Positions 9,171 to 19,602 of a stretch of DNA of 64,000 nucleotides are shown here, piece by piece. The stretch is from the NCBI GenBank assembly GCA_965248055.1, contig CBDFIJ010000004.1, positions 1,152,001-1,216,000 on the forward strand, written 5' to 3'. The notes beneath the pieces are model-generated. The model had not been told where the DNA came from. It searched no databases and saw nothing but the letters and a program-made list of their open reading frames with translations. This DNA comes from Candidatus Multivoradales bacterium (GTDB lineage: Bacteria > Acidobacteriota > Thermoanaerobaculia > Multivoradales > JAHEKO01). The number at the start of each line of letters is the position of its first letter. Positions within the stretch are counted from its first letter, which is position 1. The translations under genes were made by a program, and so were the position numbers.

Positions 9171-11330
9171 ATGAGCCCTGATCAGCGACCGCCGCGTTCC
9201 TTGGACGGCAGGTTGATTGCCCTCGGCGTGATCGTCATCCTGATCGCGTTGCCGCTGCTGATCGATTTCTTTCAAAGAAAGGCTGACCCCTTCAGTGGTC
9301 GCGGGCTGGAAGGAAATTCGCTTTGGATCTTGCTGGCGATCACGCTGGTCGCAGCCTTGATCCTGTTCGCCGCGGTGCTGCGAGCCGGGGCTCGGCTGTG
9401 GATGCGGCGGCGCCATTTTCGCCATGGGGTATTCGGCTCGCTGTGGCTGACGATTTACCTCGCCTCGATGATCTCTCTGTTGTTATGGATGGGTGTCGGA
9501 GTCTTGATGATCAAAGGCGTAGAACGGGTGTGGTCAGACCCAACCATGCAGTCGGTGCTAACCCAGGGGCACTCCCTGGCCCAGGCGTTTGCCGAACAGG
9601 TGGAAAGTACAACCCAACGCGACGCTCGCCTGGTCGCCGCTGCCTCCGAGGCAAACGTTGCCTCGCTCTCCCCGGACCGCTTGGGACGTCACCTGCGCGG
9701 CCTGCTGGAGCGCTTCGACATCGACTATTTGGCGGTCTATGAAGGCAACGCGTTCGTCCACGCAGTGCTCGACCCCGACGCCGGATTGGGCGATCTACCC
9801 GAGCCAGGCAGCGCATTTCTGGCCAACGTAATAGCCGACGGCGAAGCGGTTCGCATGCCGCCGCGCCAGCGGGGTCGGCTGGTGATCGCCGGCCAACGAC
9901 TCGCCGACACCGACCCAGCGACGGTGATTTTGGTAGGGAACGTGTTGGAACCACGTGTGGTGGACCAAAGGAGAACTTTGGTCGAGGCCTATCAAGGCCT
10001 ACGCAGAATCGAACTCGACAAGAAAAAGTGGACGATCCTGGGATACAGCCTGTTGGCGATCTTGGGGCTAGTTGGTCCGGCACTCACCTTCGTCATCGCC
10101 AGATCGGTCGGCGAACATTTCGACCGCTCGGTTGGGGCTTTAGAAAAAGCCACCGAACGGCTAGCGCGGGGCGACCTCGAACACCGGATCGACGCCGAGT
10201 CGGGGGATGAACTCGGCCTGCTGACCGCGCGCTTCAACGCGATGGCAGACGAGCTAGAGACTCGTGACCAAGCCGTGGAAACCGCCCACCGCGAAACCCA
10301 GGCAGAACGCGCCTTGGCCCAAGCAGTCAACGAGGGTGTTGCCGCCGGAGTGATCGCCATCGATGATCAATCGCGAATCACAGTGCTCAACCGGGTCGCA
10401 CGGGAGTTGTTGGCTTTGGGTTCTGGACCGATACTCGGCCACCCAATCGCCGAAGTGCTGACCGACCTAGGCCTGGACTCCCTAGCCGAGATCGCGACCG
10501 GGCCGATCGAGCAACGGCGCAGTGAGATCCGGGCAACCGTGGGCGGACGACTCAAAGTCTTTGACGTCAAGCTGCGAGAACTGCGTGACACCGAGGGTCA
10601 CCACACCGGGCGCGTCATGGTTCTCGAAGATCTCACCAACCTGATTCAAGCCAAAGAAAGTGGCGCCTGGAGGGATGCGGCGCGCAAAGTAGCCCATGAA
10701 ATTCGCAACCCGCTCACCCCGATCCAACTCTCTGCAGAGAGGCTGAAGAAAAAGTCACTGGCAAACGATGTCGACCTGCCACTCGCGGTCACCGACGCGG
10801 CGGACACCATCGTTGCAGAAGTGCAGACCATGAAACGGATGGTGGATGAATTTTCCCAATACGCACGCCTGGCTCCGCCGAGCCCCAAACCTACCGACAT
10901 TGTCGACCTGATCGACTCCACCGCTCGCTTCTACCAGGACGTCATGCCTGGGGTCAGTGTCACCGCCATCGGTGACCGTGAGATTGGCAGCGCAGTCGTG
11001 GATCGCGATCAGATTCGGCGGGTGCTCAATAACCTGGTCGAGAACGCTGTGGACGCTGCCGCCGACGCAGAAAATCAAGGCATTGTCACTCTGTCGGCCA
11101 CCACCGACGGCGACGCGCTAGTCCTGGAAGTGGCCGACAATGGCATTGGCCTCTCCGACGAACAAAAGAGCAAGATGTTCCTTCCCCACTTTTCCACCAA
11201 GCGCCGCGGATCAGGGTTAGGGCTGGCGATCGCCGAACGCATCATCAGCGAACACCAGGGGGCGATCGAGGTACGCGACAACCAGCCGCGTGGCACCGTT
11301 GTTTCGCTGCGGCTCCCCAGAAGAATCTAA
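9171..11330 (+). CDS. NtrY-like membrane sensor histidine kinase (HAMP-PAS-HisKA-HATPase)
   Basis: AWRDAARKVAHEIRNPLTPIQLSAERL H-box, DNGIG, GSGLGL. Confidence 0.92.
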   Translation: MSPDQRPPRSLDGRLIALGVIVILIALPLLIDFFQRKADPFSGRGLEGNSLWILLAITLVAALILFAAVLRAGARLWMRRRHFRHGVFGSLWLTIYLASMISLLLWMGVGVLMIKGVERVWSDPTMQSVLTQGHSLAQAFAEQVESTTQRDARLVAAASEANVASLSPDRLGRHLRGLLERFDIDYLAVYEGNAFVHAVLDPDAGLGDLPEPGSAFLANVIADGEAVRMPPRQRGRLVIAGQRLADTDPATVILVGNVLEPRVVDQRRTLVEAYQGLRRIELDKKKWTILGYSLLAILGLVGPALTFVIARSVGEHFDRSVGALEKATERLARGDLEHRIDAESGDELGLLTARFNAMADELETRDQAVETAHRETQAERALAQAVNEGVAAGVIAIDDQSRITVLNRVARELLALGSGPILGHPIAEVLTDLGLDSLAEIATGPIEQRRSEIRATVGGRLKVFDVKLRELRDTEGHHTGRVMVLEDLTNLIQAKESGAWRDAARKVAHEIRNPLTPIQLSAERLKKKSLANDVDLPLAVTDAADTIVAEVQTMKRMVDEFSQYARLAPPSPKPTDIVDLIDSTARFYQDVMPGVSVTAIGDREIGSAVVDRDQIRRVLNNLVENAVDAAADAENQGIVTLSATTDGDALVLEVADNGIGLSDEQKSKMFLPHFSTKRRGSGLGLAIAERIISEHQGAIEVRDNQPRGTVVSLRLPRRI

Positions 11331-11419
11331 TCCAGTCGAACACCTGGTCTGGGGCCTAATCGGCTGACCCCGGCCATTCGGTGAACCTCACTGATTCCCA
11401 ACCACCCTATAATCGACCC

Positions 11420-11869
11420 ATGCCGACTACCCAAGAATCTCTCCAAGCGGACCTGCATCGTGCGATGAAAGAGCGTGACCGAATTCGGTCTTCGACGCTA
11501 CGATTGCTGCTCACCGATGTTAAGAATCAAACGATCGCCAACGGTGGCGAACTGTCCGACCAAGACTTCGCGACCTTGGTGCGGCGCGGACTCAAACGTC
11601 GTACGGAAGCCGCCGAGCAGTACCAGGCCGGCGAACGCCACGAGCTAGCGCAACAAGAAAGGGCCGAAGCGGCGATTCTGGAAGAATATCTACCAGCTCA
11701 GGTCGATGAAGCAACTTTGTGCTCTGCGATCGATGCTTTGATCACTGAGCAGGATCTGTCCGGACCACGCGCCCTAGGCCAGGTGATGAAAGAGATCATG
11801 GCGCGCTACGCCGGGCAAACCGATGGCGGTACCGTCAGCCGCCTGGCTCGCGAAGCTCTCGGTGACTAG
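11420..11869 (+). CDS. GatB/YqeY domain protein
   Basis: AMKERD...LRLL, EAAILEEYLP, GQVMK; TATAAT 6 nt upstream of ATG 11420. Confidence 0.92.
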   Translation: MPTTQESLQADLHRAMKERDRIRSSTLRLLLTDVKNQTIANGGELSDQDFATLVRRGLKRRTEAAEQYQAGERHELAQQERAEAAILEEYLPAQVDEATLCSAIDALITEQDLSGPRALGQVMKEIMARYAGQTDGGTVSRLAREALGD

Positions 11870-11928
11870 CCGATCCTGCGCACCAGCGTGATCCACCTCG
11901 GAAGGTTGAGTACTGGAGCCGACCTGTT

Positions 11929-13806
11929 TTGAACAAGATCATCATCGGCACCGCCGGTCACGTCGACCATGGCAAAACCAGCTTGATCAAAGCCCTAACC
12001 GGCATTGACTGCGATCGCTGGGCTGAAGAAAAAACCAGAGGCATCACTCTCGATCTTGGGTTCGCTCATCTCACCGAAGGATCCACCCAGCTCAGTTTTG
12101 TTGACGTCCCAGGGCATGAGCGATTTCTGCACAACGCATTGGCGGGACTGGGCGGCATTCGCACTTTGCTGCTGGTGATCGACGTTCAGGAAGGAGTCAG
12201 ACCGCAAACTATTGAACACTTGGAGATAGCGCGCTTGCTGGGGATCGAACAGATCATCATCGCGGCGTCCAAAATAGACAGCGCGGATGCTGAGTGGGTG
12301 GACTTAGTCAGTGCTGAAATCCGGGAATTCATCTCAAAGCATGGCTATCTCGACGCCCCTATCCATCGGGTTTCAGCGGTCACCGGAGAGGGCCTGGAAG
12401 ACCTCAAGGCAGACTTGCTGCGGGCCGGCGAACAAACACAAGCCGATCACCGGCCCGTTCGCTTGCCGGTGGATCGAGCCTTCCAGGTACTCGGTCGTGG
12501 CAGCGTGGTCACCGCTTCTCCCGCTGCTGGTCAAGTCGCCGAGGGGGCCGAGTTGTCGATCAACGGTAGCGCTTCCAAGGTCAAAGTGCGACAAATCGAA
12601 GTTCATGGCCAACCGCGTCCGACCGCTTCCGTGGGCGAGCGGATAGCGCTGCAAATTTCCGGAGCGCACCCTGACCAAGTACCGCGAGGAACCCAGCTGG
12701 TAGAGCCCGACGGCTACCTCACCAGCAAAGTGATCGCGGGGCAGTTGACCTTGCTTTCAGACGCTCCCGACCTTGAGTCAACGCGTGACGTCCGGCTGCA
12801 CCTGTTCTCCGCCGACTTGGCGGCCAGGGTGCGCCCTTTGGCCGGCACAATCCACGCCGGGGAAACTGGCTGGGTCGAACTGATCATCGGCCAACGCACG
12901 GCTATCGCGGTGGGTGATCGGGCCATTCTCCGCCGCCCTTCCCCCGCCTCGACTCTGGGAGGTCTGGTGGTTGTGGACCCTGCTTGGCGTCGACCCAGAG
13001 GCCAAAGAATGGCAACCGCACTGGCACTCTTGAAAAGCGGCGACGATGGCCTGATGCGCTGGTGGGCAGCCGACAAGCGAAGCTCCGGCGTTTCTACCCA
13101 AGAAGTAGCACGCAGACTTGGACAACCTGCCGAGCTGGCAACGGTGAGCCTCAAACGACTCACCGCCGACGGTCATCTGATCGAACTCCATGGCGAACAA
13201 TGGGCCGCGCCACAGGTGATCAAAGAACTTTCCAAATCCGCCGCCACGCAACTCGACGAGTTTCATCGAGCCCAGCCCCTGGAACCAGGCATGCCCAAGG
13301 CCGAGTTCATCCGACGACTTCTCCCGAGCACAGCAAGCCCACAAGCCCACCTGGACCTTCTAGCCTCGATGCAGTTGATCGAGATCAGCGGCCAGTACGT
13401 CCGTCGACCGCAGTCCGGATCAAGTCTCAACACAGCCCAAAAGACCCTGGCAAATCGCCTCGCCCAGGAACTCGATGACCTCGGCTTCACGGTTCCATCC
13501 CCGGCAGAGTTGGCGCGCAAGCTGGACGCCAAACCCCAAGTCATTGAAGGGCTGCTGCACTACCTCATGAGGCAAGGGACGGCGGTCAAACTGCCGAGTG
13601 GACTTTGGCTCTCGGCCAGCACCATCCAGCGGACCCTCAGCGACCTTCAGGGCAGCGGCTGGCAGAGCTTCACCGTGGGTGAGTTCAAAGGCCGCTACGG
13701 CCTCTCCCGCAAGTGGGCGATTCCGTTGTTGGAGCATTTCGACTCCATGGGTGCCACTGCGCGCCAGGGCGATGGCCGAATCTTGACAACTACTAAACAG
13801 TCTTGA
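11929..13806 (+). CDS. selB: Selenocysteine-specific elongation factor
   Basis: IIGTAGHVDHGK, EEKTRGITLDLGF, DVPGHERF, C-terminal GLSRKWAIPLLEHFD winged helix. Confidence 0.95.
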   Translation: MNKIIIGTAGHVDHGKTSLIKALTGIDCDRWAEEKTRGITLDLGFAHLTEGSTQLSFVDVPGHERFLHNALAGLGGIRTLLLVIDVQEGVRPQTIEHLEIARLLGIEQIIIAASKIDSADAEWVDLVSAEIREFISKHGYLDAPIHRVSAVTGEGLEDLKADLLRAGEQTQADHRPVRLPVDRAFQVLGRGSVVTASPAAGQVAEGAELSINGSASKVKVRQIEVHGQPRPTASVGERIALQISGAHPDQVPRGTQLVEPDGYLTSKVIAGQLTLLSDAPDLESTRDVRLHLFSADLAARVRPLAGTIHAGETGWVELIIGQRTAIAVGDRAILRRPSPASTLGGLVVVDPAWRRPRGQRMATALALLKSGDDGLMRWWAADKRSSGVSTQEVARRLGQPAELATVSLKRLTADGHLIELHGEQWAAPQVIKELSKSAATQLDEFHRAQPLEPGMPKAEFIRRLLPSTASPQAHLDLLASMQLIEISGQYVRRPQSGSSLNTAQKTLANRLAQELDDLGFTVPSPAELARKLDAKPQVIEGLLHYLMRQGTAVKLPSGLWLSASTIQRTLSDLQGSGWQSFTVGEFKGRYGLSRKWAIPLLEHFDSMGATARQGDGRILTTTKQS

Positions 13807-13926
13807 AAGAGAGAAAACGCCGCCGTTCGCCAGACTGAAGTGGATCAACAACATCGACCCAGAGCCTCTACCCGAGACCTCGGATCGTAGGGTCGGGGAA
13901 GTGCTGAGCGGGTTACAATCACCGCC

Positions 13927-14313
13927 GTGCGAACCACCGACCTTGCTCTATTCGTCCTTCGCGTCGGCACCGGCGCCTCGATGCTCTTTGGCCACGGAAT
14001 TCCCAAGCTGGTGAAATTTGCCGAGTTATCTGCCGCGTTCCCCGATCCGCTGGGGATCGGCTCCACCGCTAGCCTCAGCCTGGCGATCTTGGGCGAAGTG
14101 GTCGCAGCGTTGGCCCTAATTCTCGGTTTCTACAGTCGCTGGGCGGCTGTAGTGATGGCAACCACGATGGGGGTAGCCCTTTTCATACACTTGGCGGGCG
14201 CTCAGTTTGCCGAACGGGAACTGGCGATCCTCTACCTCGTGCCCTTGATCACGATCATGATCGCAGGGCCTGGGCGCTGGTCGGTGACCAAACCGCGCAA
14301 GACCAGCCTTTAA
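13927..14313 (+). CDS. DoxX family membrane protein
   Basis: LRVGTG...HGIPK, FPDPLGIG, GPGRWS; 4 TM. Confidence 0.9.
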   Translation: MRTTDLALFVLRVGTGASMLFGHGIPKLVKFAELSAAFPDPLGIGSTASLSLAILGEVVAALALILGFYSRWAAVVMATTMGVALFIHLAGAQFAERELAILYLVPLITIMIAGPGRWSVTKPRKTSL

Positions 14314-14324
14314 GTCGCAGTCCA

Positions 14325-14855
14325 CTACTTCGGTTTGGGAAGCGGGCACAACAACGCCCCCTCGTGGACTAGCAACCATTCCTTGATCGCCAGTCCCCCA
14401 CCGTAGCCGACTAAAGATCCATCCGAACCGATTACCCGATGGCAGGGAATGATGATCGGGATGGGGTTTTGACCATTGGCGTGGCCAACTGCCCGAGAAG
14501 CACCCGAGTCGCCCAACTTATCGGCGACTTGACCATAGCTCCAGGTAACACCATAGGGGATACTAGTTAGAGCCTGCCACACCGACTGTTCAAAAGAGCC
14601 ACCTCGCAAATCTAGCGGCAAATCAAAGTCATTCCGTTGATGATCGAAATACTGCTGTAGTTGACGGCGAATTGTTTCGGTCGCTCGATCGTCATGGACC
14701 GGTTCCAAGTCCAACGCCGCCAAGTGGTCGGTCCAATGTGGAATCGACGACTCCACCGCCAGAAAGTCGATTCGCATCAGCACGCCGCTCGAACCAACGA
14801 CCAAGCCCAGATCACCAACCGGCGTTTGCATGATCGAGTAACTAACAGCTTCCAT
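14325..14855 (-). CDS. ogt: Methylated-DNA--protein-cysteine methyltransferase
   Basis: IPYG..SY, RAVG..NG.NP, IPCHRVIG active site. Confidence 0.95.
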   Translation of the reverse strand: MEAVSYSIMQTPVGDLGLVVGSSGVLMRIDFLAVESSIPHWTDHLAALDLEPVHDDRATETIRRQLQQYFDHQRNDFDLPLDLRGGSFEQSVWQALTSIPYGVTWSYGQVADKLGDSGASRAVGHANGQNPIPIIIPCHRVIGSDGSLVGYGGGLAIKEWLLVHEGALLCPLPKPK

Positions 14856-15040
14856 GAATAGCTCCCAATGCAAACCATCATACCTATAGCAGAAGGCATC
14901 GATGACCCTAATCAGCGCTGGTGGCGCGGCATCCGTCTTGCAAACGCCAGCCCAGGGGACAGAAGTTCAAAATCATTCAAAAAGGCGAGCTTGGGGATCA
15001 TCCCGCCGCGTGTTTCAGACCTCCAAAGACTACTAATAAA

Positions 15041-17659
15041 ATGTACAAGAACAACCGTTCGTACCGTGTCGCACTGACCGCCTTGCTGTGGCTCGCAACC
15101 CATAGTGCGGCAGCGCTCAGCCAAGAGAATGCTGCCGCTCAAGACGACGGCGCTCTTTACCTCTATGTCGACGCCTCACTGGCCCAGAGTTCGGAGATCC
15201 TTTCGCTATCGACCGCGCTGGCCGACCGATCCGATCAATTGGCAGAGATCGGCGAGGTGACTGTGGTGGTCGCTGACCCCGAGCCGCGGATTCACTTTCG
15301 TAGCAGCGACGCGCTGCAAATTCGGCAGGGGCTTTCCACCCTTGGTCTCAGAACCTTTGGTGATGGAACCATCCATCGACAACGCAAAGAGTTCGCCGAA
15401 GCTGGAGCAGCCGAAACCAGCTCCCTGCAACTTCGGCAAGCCGCTGCTGAAGCCGAAACGGAACTGCTTAGATCACGACTAGAGACCTTGGTGTTGTGGA
15501 TGTCCGACAACCCGCAGGCTGCAAACCGTGGCACCTTGCTGCTGCTGGAACCGGCAATCGGATTGTCGACGGAGAGTTTTTTTCAAGCTCGACCGCGAAC
15601 GCTGACGGTCAACCCCGAACAGATCGCTGCGGTGGCCCAACTGCACGGATGGGTCGTGGCACCTGTGGTTCCCTATTCCGACCCCAGACGAACCGTTGCC
15701 CCGATCGGTCCCTCCGCGGTCGGCGTGCGCGTCGGGATCCCTTGGCAGGGAACAGACACCAGCTTCGACCCAGAATTGATGTTGGCACCCGACCTCGAAG
15801 CGGTTCAAAGTTTGGCGACCTCGCCCGATTTTGTGATTACTTCGGAGGCGGAACTGCAACGAGTCCTGAACCAGGTCGCTCGGCCGTCCAACCTTGAAGC
15901 TTTGCCCTCACAATTTCTGAGTGAATCCCTGGCCTTGGCCCGCGAAACGATTGTCCGCGCCCGGGCAAGGACCTTCCTTTTCGGTATCGACGAAGGCGAG
16001 ATACTCCTAGAAGCGACCCTCGAACGTGTGGAAAATGGTTTCGGTATCCAGGTCGCTATTGACCCTGAAGCCTTGTTCGACGCGAGCACAAGCCACTCGG
16101 TGCATATCCTCGCCTATGACGAAAACGAGACAGCACAAATTCAAAGCTACCCGTGGCAACCCGGAGCGGAATCCTGGACTTCTCCCGACCCGGTGCCCAT
16201 GAGCGCAGAGCAAATCGTCGTTTTCGTCGGCGCCGATGACTCCTCCATTTGGGGGATGACCTTCGCCGCCGAACGTACCGCCGAACCGGTGCCGATTGCC
16301 AAGTCGGCCTCCTTGCTGTCCATCCCCGACCTCCCTGCGGCTGGTTTGACCGGTCGCCGCCAATTCGCCGTCAACGCAGCGACTGAGATTGATCGAATCG
16401 AGGTGTTGTTGGACGGCAAGAAGGTCGACAGCGACGGACGACGCCCATTCAACGCTTCGATCAATTTGGGGGCCGCAGCCATCGAGCACTCTCTGGTGGT
16501 CATCGGTTATGACGCCGACCGCAGCGAAGTGGCTCGCGACGGACGTACGCTCAATTCCGCAGCGCGCTTTAACGTCAACATCGTTTCGCCGCACAAACTG
16601 ATCGCTGGCCCGACGGACGTGGTCGCGGAAGTCAAAACACCGGGCGACCGAGCACTGCGTTCGGTCGATTTCTACTGGCAAACCCGCTACTTGGGCAGCA
16701 GCCATCAGGCTCCGCACCGCTATCGGGTTCTGGTCCCGCTAAACAGCGAAGAGAACGGCTACGTGCGAGTGGTGGCGACCCTGGAAGACGGGCGCATCGC
16801 TGAAGACATCTTGCTCGCTGGACGGCAAAATTTCTCTTCTCAGGTGACCGTCGAGTTGATGGAACTGTACGTTGTAGTTACCGGCAAAGATGAGCGACCG
16901 GTGCGCAACCTCGGTGAAGGTGCTTTTGAAATTACCGAGAACGATCAGGCACAGGAAATCGAACATTTCCGCGTCGCTGGGGATCTGCCGCTCACTGTCG
17001 GGCTGGCGATTGATTCATCTTTGTCTCTATTTCGCAAGTTGCCAGACGTGCAAAAAGCAGCGAAGGGGTTCGTTCGCAATCTGGTCTCCAACCGCGATCG
17101 GGCGTTCCTGGTCGGCTTCGGCAACCATCCGCGCCTGGAACATCCCCCGACCTGGAATCTGGATGGTGTGATTGGCGGCATCGATCGCCTGGAGCCGTCC
17201 GGCAACACCGCAGTCTGGGAGGCGGTGAATCTTTCGCTCGATCAACTCCGTTCGGTAAGTGGTCGCCGCGCTTTGGTGGTTTTCTATGACGGCGATGATG
17301 AAGACCTTTCCTTCCCTTATTCGGAGACTTTGGAGAAGGCTCGCGACAGCCAACTGCCGATCTATCTGGTGGTGCTCAACGATGAAGCCGCACGCACTCA
17401 GGGCAAAGGCTTCGCGGTGCGCTCGCGCATCGGTCGTTTGGAGCGGTTGGCGGCCGCCGGCGGCGGCAAAGTTTTCTACGTCCGCACCGACCAAGACCTA
17501 GAAGGCGTGTTTCAGCAGATCGGCGACGAACTGCGTTCCCATTACTTGCTCGCCTACTACCCCGAAGACCCCTCTCTCGAACCCGAATGGCGACCGGTGA
17601 GAGTGCAGGTCAAAGAATCGGGACTCAAGGCGCGCACCGTAGAAGGCTACGTCCGTTGA
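15041..17659 (+). CDS. Exported Ig-like plus VWA domain protein (acidobacterial VWFA type)
   Basis: Signal peptide, Ig-like repeats, LAIDSSLS MIDAS, DGDD, ELRSHYLLAYYP tail. Confidence 0.85.
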   Translation: MYKNNRSYRVALTALLWLATHSAAALSQENAAAQDDGALYLYVDASLAQSSEILSLSTALADRSDQLAEIGEVTVVVADPEPRIHFRSSDALQIRQGLSTLGLRTFGDGTIHRQRKEFAEAGAAETSSLQLRQAAAEAETELLRSRLETLVLWMSDNPQAANRGTLLLLEPAIGLSTESFFQARPRTLTVNPEQIAAVAQLHGWVVAPVVPYSDPRRTVAPIGPSAVGVRVGIPWQGTDTSFDPELMLAPDLEAVQSLATSPDFVITSEAELQRVLNQVARPSNLEALPSQFLSESLALARETIVRARARTFLFGIDEGEILLEATLERVENGFGIQVAIDPEALFDASTSHSVHILAYDENETAQIQSYPWQPGAESWTSPDPVPMSAEQIVVFVGADDSSIWGMTFAAERTAEPVPIAKSASLLSIPDLPAAGLTGRRQFAVNAATEIDRIEVLLDGKKVDSDGRRPFNASINLGAAAIEHSLVVIGYDADRSEVARDGRTLNSAARFNVNIVSPHKLIAGPTDVVAEVKTPGDRALRSVDFYWQTRYLGSSHQAPHRYRVLVPLNSEENGYVRVVATLEDGRIAEDILLAGRQNFSSQVTVELMELYVVVTGKDERPVRNLGEGAFEITENDQAQEIEHFRVAGDLPLTVGLAIDSSLSLFRKLPDVQKAAKGFVRNLVSNRDRAFLVGFGNHPRLEHPPTWNLDGVIGGIDRLEPSGNTAVWEAVNLSLDQLRSVSGRRALVVFYDGDDEDLSFPYSETLEKARDSQLPIYLVVLNDEAARTQGKGFAVRSRIGRLERLAAAGGGKVFYVRTDQDLEGVFQQIGDELRSHYLLAYYPEDPSLEPEWRPVRVQVKESGLKARTVEGYVR

Positions 17660-19602
17660 GTCGATTGATCCGCGCCACCACCGGCCTCTTAGCGATCTGG
17701 TTGATCGCAGGTATAGCTCCCTCCAGCACCCGCGCGCAGGACGACCCACTCGCAAGTTCCAGAGAGCTGGCGATCGAGGCGATGTCGATGGGATCCGAGG
17801 GTCCGCTGGAAATCACCGTCGCTCTATCTTCGGTAGAACCAGAGGCGGTTGAGGTTCAACTGCGCGTTAATGGGCTTCCGGATCAGCATCGGCGTTTGAC
17901 GCTGACCGCCTGCTTTGCCTTCCTCGATATCGGCGATCGTTGCCTGAAGCCAATCCACGCCGCCAGCGACCGTTCGACCTGGGAAGCTCAATTGATCACC
18001 GACTTGCCGGATGAACCGGTGGCGGTCGGAGTACATATTGCTCTCGATCCCGGCACTGACTCCAATGCCGATCCCAATGCAAGCCCCAGCGCCAATTCCG
18101 AACAGAGCCTCTCAGGATCCGGAGCTAGTGATGCCCAGTCGGACTTATTGCTAACCCTGCATCGTCCAGAAATCTTTGACTCGCGACCTCCCCCTCCGGG
18201 CTCTCTTAGCCGAGACCCCAACCGATCGGCACGGGTCATCCGCGTGGTCTCGCCTCCCAATAGTGGGCTCAAGGGGACACAGCGATTCCGCATCCTGGTG
18301 AGTGATCCCAGGGTCACCAAGGTCGCATTCCAGTTGGATGGAGAACAAGTTTCGAGCGACGGAGCACCTCCTTTCTCCGCCCGCATCAACCTGGGTAATC
18401 AAGTCAATCCTCACTCGGTGGAGGCGATCGCCTACGATCTCCACGACAATGAGATCGGTCGCGATCAAGTGGAAGTCAATCGACGACGAATTCGCAATCG
18501 GGTACGCCTTTCGGGAACAGAGCTTAGCCCCGGCTCGCTGAGGGTCGATGCCGAGATCACCGTCAGGCCCGACGTTTCCATCGATCGGGTGCAGATCATT
18601 TTTCGTGGTCAGACCGTGGCTGATCGCAACCAACCCCCGTACAGCGCGCTGATCGACGCTAGCGATCCAGATCCCACTGACTACGTGCAGGTGATCGCAA
18701 CGCTGAGTAACGGAACCACGATCGAAGACGTCTTGCTCCTGGGCGATGGAACCATGGGTGAGCAAATCGAGGTTCATTTAACCGAACTATTTGCCGTCGC
18801 AACCGACACAGACGGGAAGATCATTGAAGACCTTGCCGTTGACTCCCTACGGCTGTCGGTGAACGGGAACTCACAAGCGATCCAGCGCTTCGCTCGGGCC
18901 GAGGAATTACCCCTCACGGTGGGGCTGGTGATCGATACCTCAGGCAGTATGTATGCCCTGATCCCAGACACACAGCAAGCCGCCGGTCGCTTCTTGAGCG
19001 GTGTTTTACGCCCCAAAGACCGGGCATTTATTGTCGACTTCGACACCCGACCACGCCTTGCCCACGAGGCCAGCGAAGATCGCCGCAGTTTGATCAATCG
19101 CCTGGCAGTGCTACGCGCTGAGGGATTCACCGCCCTTTTTGACTCCATCATCTATTCGACGTTGGAGTTTCCGATAGACGGTCGCCGCCGAGCCCTAGTG
19201 GTGCTAACCGACGGCGACGACTACAAATCGAAACTCGGTCCCGACAATGCGATCGAACACGCTTTAGCGGCCGGAGCGCCGGTCTACATCATCTCCCTGG
19301 CTGGCATTCACCAGGCTCAACAAGCGCCGAATATCCCAGCCAAGAAAATCAAAGTCGCCGAGAAACCAGACATCGAAAGGGTCGCAGAATTTACCGGTGG
19401 GCGGGTTTCTTACCTAACCAACAAGGATCAACTCCAGGCGACCTACGACCAGATCCTCCGGGAACTTACGCATCAATACCTAGTCACCTTCACCACCCCA
19501 CAAGAACTCACCGAACAAGAGCGGGACTCGATCCAATTGAACCCCACCACCAACGACGTAAAACTGCGCTTCACCGTCGGTCGCCCGGCGGAAGATGGCT
19601 AG
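17656..19602 (+). CDS. Exported Ig-like plus VWA domain protein, paralog of the preceding gene
   Basis: TTGA overlap start, signal peptide, VIDTSGSM MIDAS, LTDGDD, ELTHQYLVTF. Confidence 0.85.
   Translation: MSRLIRATTGLLAIWLIAGIAPSSTRAQDDPLASSRELAIEAMSMGSEGPLEITVALSSVEPEAVEVQLRVNGLPDQHRRLTLTACFAFLDIGDRCLKPIHAASDRSTWEAQLITDLPDEPVAVGVHIALDPGTDSNADPNASPSANSEQSLSGSGASDAQSDLLLTLHRPEIFDSRPPPPGSLSRDPNRSARVIRVVSPPNSGLKGTQRFRILVSDPRVTKVAFQLDGEQVSSDGAPPFSARINLGNQVNPHSVEAIAYDLHDNEIGRDQVEVNRRRIRNRVRLSGTELSPGSLRVDAEITVRPDVSIDRVQIIFRGQTVADRNQPPYSALIDASDPDPTDYVQVIATLSNGTTIEDVLLLGDGTMGEQIEVHLTELFAVATDTDGKIIEDLAVDSLRLSVNGNSQAIQRFARAEELPLTVGLVIDTSGSMYALIPDTQQAAGRFLSGVLRPKDRAFIVDFDTRPRLAHEASEDRRSLINRLAVLRAEGFTALFDSIIYSTLEFPIDGRRRALVVLTDGDDYKSKLGPDNAIEHALAAGAPVYIISLAGIHQAQQAPNIPAKKIKVAEKPDIERVAEFTGGRVSYLTNKDQLQATYDQILRELTHQYLVTFTTPQELTEQERDSIQLNPTTNDVKLRFTVGRPAEDG

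Noticed and set aside
9171-11330. Histidine kinase without adjacent response regulator
   Set aside because: Orphan NtrY-like kinases are common; the partner may lie elsewhere in the genome
11870-13926. tRNA-Sec, other sel genes or a selenoprotein near selB
   Set aside because: No cloverleaf or selA/selD recognised in the flanks; the bcp and DUF393 genes use Cys codons; no convincing in-frame UGA ORF seen
15041-19602. Tandem VWA proteins as a novel system
   Set aside because: Such paralog expansions are common in Acidobacteriota, and no MoxR ATPase or other partner is adjacent
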